Source of the DNA: a bacterium
GTDB lineage: Bacteria > Elusimicrobiota > Elusimicrobia > Elusimicrobiales > CAZFMJ01
Direction: 5' to 3'
NCBI GenBank assembly: GCA_043817835.1
Contig: JBDRGJ010000028.1
Location: 1 to 25,926, forward strand
Length of the DNA: 25,926 nucleotides
Under the pieces are notes generated by a model. It was not told the origin of the DNA, did not search any database, and saw nothing but the letters and a program-made list of their open reading frames with translations. Shown one piece after another: positions 22,901 to 25,926 of this stretch. The translations under genes were made by a program, and so were the position numbers. Position 1 is the first letter of the stretch; the number at the start of each line of letters is the position of its first letter.

Positions 22901-25874
22901 GGAACTGGGCCCGCTCCTTTTCAAAGCCTTCACGCAGAATCTTCAGGGCTCCTTCGTGCTCGAAAACGCGGTCCTGGAACATCTGTTCATATCTGGCCCG
23001 CAGTTCTTCCTCCCTGACCGCAAGGCCGCTCTCCCGGGAGTCAAGGTGTTTTGTCCTGGCTGCAAGCTCCTGTTCTTTCTGCCCGTAAAGGCCTTCAAGG
23101 TGTATTTTCTCCTCAGTCAGGGCGTTCTGTTTGTGCGTGTATTCGAAATCCAGGGTTTCTCTGCTCGCCTCGTGGCTGCGCGTTAATGTTTCAATGACTT
23201 TCTTATGCTCTGCTTCGGTTCTGGAGCAAAGCTGGGAATATTCGGCTTCGAGGCGGGATTCTTTTTCCAGCAGCCTGGCGGACATCTCTTCGTTGAGTTT
23301 CAGCTCTTTTTCTTCCGCGTGAGCCTGCACGGCCCGGCGTTCGTTTTCGAGCTCCCCGGTAAGTCTTTCGCATTTTTCTTTCAAGGCCTTCTGTTCAGCT
23401 TCCGCCCTGGTGTAAAGCACGGAATATTCGGCTTCGAGGCGGGATTCTTTTTCCAGCAGCCTGGAGGACATCTCTTCGTTGAGTTTCAGCTCTTTTTCTT
23501 CCGCGTGAGCCTGGACCGCCCGGCGTTCATTTTCGAGCTCCACGGCGAGCCTTTCGCATTTTTCCTTCAGGGCCTTCTGTTCAGCTTCCGCCCTGCTGCA
23601 AAGTATGGAATATTCGGCTTCCAGGCGGGATTCTTTTTCCAGAAGCCTGGATGACATCTCGTCATTGAGTTTCAGCTCTTTTTCTTCCGCGTGAGCCTGC
23701 ACTGCCCGGCGTTCGTTTTCGAGCTCCCCGGTAAGCCTTTCGCATTTTTCCTTCAGGGACTTCTGTTCCGCTTCAGCCCTGGTGCAAAGCACGGAATATT
23801 CGGTTTCCAGGCGGGATTCTTTTTCCAGCAGCCTGGAGGACATCTCTTCGTTGAGTTTCAGCTCTTTTTCTTCCGCGTGAGTCTGCACTGCCAGGCGCTC
23901 GTTTTCAAGTTCCCGGACAAGCTTTTCATATTTTCCTCTCCAGGCTTTTTGTTCCGCATCGGCTGAGGCGAACCGGGTTTCTTTTTCGGCCTTGACTTCG
24001 GCAAGCAGAGCGGCCTCTTTGGAAGCCAGAGCGGCCTGGCCTTCTGCCAGCTCGGTTTCTTTTGTTTTGAGACAGGACTCCAGCCTGGCTTTCTCTGTCT
24101 GCAGGCCTTCCATTTCCGTCTTGAGGGCGTCATAAAGGTCGCTCCGGAGGCGGGTCAGATCGGCTTCGGCGCGGGACTGGCGCTCCAGCGTTTCCTTTTC
24201 CAGGGAGATTTTCCTTAAGCGGTATTCCTCCTCCAGCTCGGCCGTCCTGCGGCTGACGGTTTCATATTCAAGCTTCCTGTAGCTCTCGGCCCAGGCGGCC
24301 TCGGTCTTCGCCATTTTTTCATGCGACCGCTCAAGAGCGGCCTCTTTATCCCGAAGCACGATCTTGAGGTCTTCTATCCTGCCGCGCGCTTCATTCAGCT
24401 CGGATGAGACCGGGGCAACGGCGGAAACAACCTCGTCCCGTATCCTTGAGGACAGTTCCGCGTCGCATGTGCGCTTTGTTTCCAGGAGTTCGCGTCCGTG
24501 CAGCTCGTCGCGCCGCAGCAGTTCCGCTTCCAGTTCGCGGCTCCCGGCCTGTGCGGCCTCAAGCTCTTTCTGCGCCGCTTCGAATTCTTTTGCGACCGAA
24601 ACCATTCCGGCTTCCAGACGCGTCTTTTCCGATTCCCAGGCTTTTTCCCGGAGGCCGAATCTTTGCCCGAGGTCTTTTTTGAGCGTTTCTGTTCCGGCTG
24701 AGAATTCATCGGAAAGCTCCCGGTTTTTCGCGGAATATTCGGCCTCAAGGAATGCGACCTTTTTGTGGACTTCCTGTTCCAGTTCCGCCCTTCTGGCGCG
24801 CAGGTCATCGCCGAGTTTTTCCCGCGCGGAGTCCAGCTCCTGTTCCTTTTCGGAAAGCTGCCGGGAGAGCCTGCGCACGTGTTCTTCCTGGACGGCGCGT
24901 TCCTCCTCCAGCTGCGTCGTCTTTTCCCTGAAGGCCGTTTCCCTCTCCTTCATCCGTTCCACCAGTTCCGCGTGGTGGCGGGCCTGCTGCATTGCCAGCA
25001 AGTTTTCCAGTTCCTTTATCTTTTCCTGGGCCGTCCTGAACTGGTTTTCGCGGATATGCTGTTCATCAAGAAGGCGGGAGCGTTCCGCCTCCCAGGTCTG
25101 CTCAAGTGATTTCATCCTTTTGGAATGCTCATCCTCAAGCCCGCGCAGCCTGGAGTCTAAATTCAGGCCGAGCATGGACTTCAGCTTCTGGTAATTGTTG
25201 TCCGATTCCGTTTTTTTGGAGGTAAATTCCCGCTCCAGCGCGGCGCGTCTTTCCTCCACGCCTTTTTCGGTCAATTTCAGGCTTTCCTCCAGCACGCCGA
25301 CCCTCTCCAGGAGTTCCTTTTCCCTGGAGGTAAATCCGTTTTCCAGGGTTTCCATGCGCTCCTGGTGCTCTTTTCCCAGCTTGTTCCGGAGCTCGTCATA
25401 GCGCGTCTGCGCTTCGCGCAGGCGCTGGGCGTACTGTCCTTCTACGTCCAGCAGCCGCTGGTTCCACCTCCGGACGGTTTCCTGCTGGGTGCGATCCAGT
25501 TCTTCAAAGCGTTTCTGATACTCCTCCGACATCTCGGCCCTGCGCCTCTCCAGCATGGCCTCCTGCCGGAGCAGCTGGGCCACGTCCAGCTTGCCGGAAG
25601 AGAGAAGCTCCATGGTCGCTTCCATCTTCCTGTGAAAGTTCTCCTGTTCCTCCAGTGTCCTGCTCCGTCCCTCCGTCGAATCCCGCAGCGCTTTCATCTC
25701 CCTGTCGAGCTTTTCGCCGGTATCCCGGGAAGATTTCAGTTCCCGCGAGATGTCGGCATTGGTTTTTTCCAGGGTCTGGAGACGTTCAAGGGCCCAGCGC
25801 AGGGTCATCCTGGCCGTATCCAGGCTGGTGACGTCGTTTACCAACTGTTCAAGATGGGTGTATTCGTTTTCCAT
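19977..25874 (-). CDS. Giant coiled-coil protein (1965 aa) with nested internal repeats
   Basis: Uninterrupted E/K/R/L/A-rich ORF; I count only three prolines; no TM segment, signal peptide or Walker A motif; SD-like GGAGG upstream. Confidence 0.92.
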   Translation of the reverse strand: MENEYTHLEQLVNDVTSLDTARMTLRWALERLQTLEKTNADISRELKSSRDTGEKLDREMKALRDSTEGRSRTLEEQENFHRKMEATMELLSSGKLDVAQLLRQEAMLERRRAEMSEEYQKRFEELDRTQQETVRRWNQRLLDVEGQYAQRLREAQTRYDELRNKLGKEHQERMETLENGFTSREKELLERVGVLEESLKLTEKGVEERRAALEREFTSKKTESDNNYQKLKSMLGLNLDSRLRGLEDEHSKRMKSLEQTWEAERSRLLDEQHIRENQFRTAQEKIKELENLLAMQQARHHAELVERMKERETAFREKTTQLEEERAVQEEHVRRLSRQLSEKEQELDSAREKLGDDLRARRAELEQEVHKKVAFLEAEYSAKNRELSDEFSAGTETLKKDLGQRFGLREKAWESEKTRLEAGMVSVAKEFEAAQKELEAAQAGSRELEAELLRRDELHGRELLETKRTCDAELSSRIRDEVVSAVAPVSSELNEARGRIEDLKIVLRDKEAALERSHEKMAKTEAAWAESYRKLEYETVSRRTAELEEEYRLRKISLEKETLERQSRAEADLTRLRSDLYDALKTEMEGLQTEKARLESCLKTKETELAEGQAALASKEAALLAEVKAEKETRFASADAEQKAWRGKYEKLVRELENERLAVQTHAEEKELKLNEEMSSRLLEKESRLETEYSVLCTRAEAEQKSLKEKCERLTGELENERRAVQAHAEEKELKLNDEMSSRLLEKESRLEAEYSILCSRAEAEQKALKEKCERLAVELENERRAVQAHAEEKELKLNEEMSSRLLEKESRLEAEYSVLYTRAEAEQKALKEKCERLTGELENERRAVQAHAEEKELKLNEEMSARLLEKESRLEAEYSQLCSRTEAEHKKVIETLTRSHEASRETLDFEYTHKQNALTEEKIHLEGLYGQKEQELAARTKHLDSRESGLAVREEELRARYEQMFQDRVFEHEGALKILREGFEKERAQFRSEIAAREESVGNIGVEIDRLKTEAACAKAGFEEETEKLASALRAGAENEKETLIKEIQRRDSAMISLKDEMAALENHWSEKLRVLEQDTLTRKTAELEAAYESHRAELESRLKARHEQLDAELKRSRAEMLQSLETQQQSMAEERREFEIALNNKDEESSRHMRALEKLEAELSIKYEKMFRERVAEYEADLQARSDGFDKERKQLWAAVGAREESLRALSSELDDVRHRLLTQSSELKNEWEQRQAETELNHKSEIEDLLSELRKKDAEAEAAKEKIAGMELEWPGKLRAFEHDTLAKKSAEIEKEYLEHKESLIKELRNGEKTITGLKNEMAARENQWSEKLRALEHDTLAKKSAEIEKEYRERKAHLENELQSVRARAQDEVQAHKAALNEDFRARQQALDEEKARIEELYRQKEQELRRMDIVKTRNEKEACAAVMESAERELAEKHENRRQELERNNAAAQARAEEEAQKLKDELKNSRARTEAASARASEMGHKLLEEQKTHAAELLAAKTELEASRQSEREADTARREEAVSRLQARIFELESLLAAKTTDDNMAAAENLARWEAAYAEGSKALEDRRLQLEREWLERTERSEAEYRKLKTELAEKARARSRTGDDEIGARVRAAEQAWESEKTRFTEELARRDKQLEEARSRIVELGAMMAETTQESSRMLAGRMAGQETAYRKSMEEFQARQRELEQTYKSRFDRADELMARRRAELEEKEKAVDKEKAELLDGFERRRLELVNLEAALNARAKATEQSRESEKARLFEELDRRDKQLEDARSRIMELGERMTGTTQDSSRLLADRMAEQAAAYKKSMEDFQARQRELEERQMKRISELEQEYRLKLNQADEHLAGRRAALEEKENAVGKEKAGLLGGLERRRQELDNLETSLNARLVQMEEATRAREEQWLGKEEELRRREQEWISARRAAQTVHEEKQARIEKLRDELNRTILEYKNKAKPR
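20184..21002 (-). repeat. Two-copy 133-aa (399-nt) coding repeat; copy 2 has an 11-aa insertion
   Basis: EQAWESEKTRF...LNARA versus EQSRESEKARL...LNARL; starts at 21002 and 20603. Confidence 0.85.
21811..22037 (-). repeat. 55-aa (165-nt) period coding duplication
   Basis: 21811-21872 versus 21976-22037 match at 60/62 nt (KLRA.EHDTLAKKSAEIEKEY). Confidence 0.85.
23214..23957 (-). repeat. Four tandem 62-aa (186-nt) coding repeats
   Basis: gacatctc anchors at 23281, 23467, 23653, 23839; one pair compared by hand differs at 16/186 nt. Confidence 0.95.
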
Positions 25875-25900
25875 GTTCAGTATGGCCCTCCGGGCCGGGA

Positions 25901-25926
25901 CAGCAATAAACAGTAATCAGTAATCA
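25901..25926. repeat. Short CAGTAAT-like 7-mer tandem repeat, cut by the window edge
   Basis: cagcaat-aaa-cagtaat-cagtaat-ca. Confidence 0.45.

Noticed and set aside
23214-23957. 186-bp periodic repeat as a possible CRISPR array
   Set aside because: Whole units repeat with no unique spacers, in frame within a CDS; no cas genes
19977-25874. SMC/SbcC ATPase or phage tape-measure identity for the giant protein
   Set aside because: No Walker A, signature or hinge motifs; no phage genes nearby and the composition is charged rather than Ala/Gly/hydrophobic
20042-25916. Long plus-strand and alternate-frame ORFs over the giant gene (e.g. 20313..21167, 22140..23186, 24364..25194)
   Set aside because: Antisense shadows of stop-poor E/K/R codon usage; S/F/L-rich with no motifs

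Overview
A mostly minus-strand Wzx/Wzy-type surface/exopolysaccharide locus. In transcription order (right to left): a giant 1965-aa repeat-built coiled-coil protein, a 259-aa coiled-coil protein and a two-TM coiled-coil protein; then a Wza-like export protein, a Wzc-like tyrosine autokinase and a Wzy/O-antigen-ligase-family protein; an oppositely oriented ArnT/GT-C glycosyltransferase and a GT-C gene remnant; two CDP-alcohol phosphotransferases, three SAM methyltransferases, a Wzx flippase, three GT4 glycosyltransferases, an APH/choline-kinase-like kinase, and WbqC. At the left end the in-operon wbqC is truncated beside a 145-bp MITE-like element (17-bp TIRs, 6-bp TSD, internal REP doublet). 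It is followed by a small TA-like gene pair with its own predicted leaderless promoter and a second, full-length wbqC carrying an in-frame palindromic insert. Intergenic spacers are rich in hairpins and degenerate 7/8-mer arrays. No tRNA, rRNA, CRISPR array or transposase was seen. Family calls come from motif recognition, not database searches. The best candidate for an undescribed system is the three-gene coiled-coil module at the head of the wza-wzc export genes; its function is inference only.
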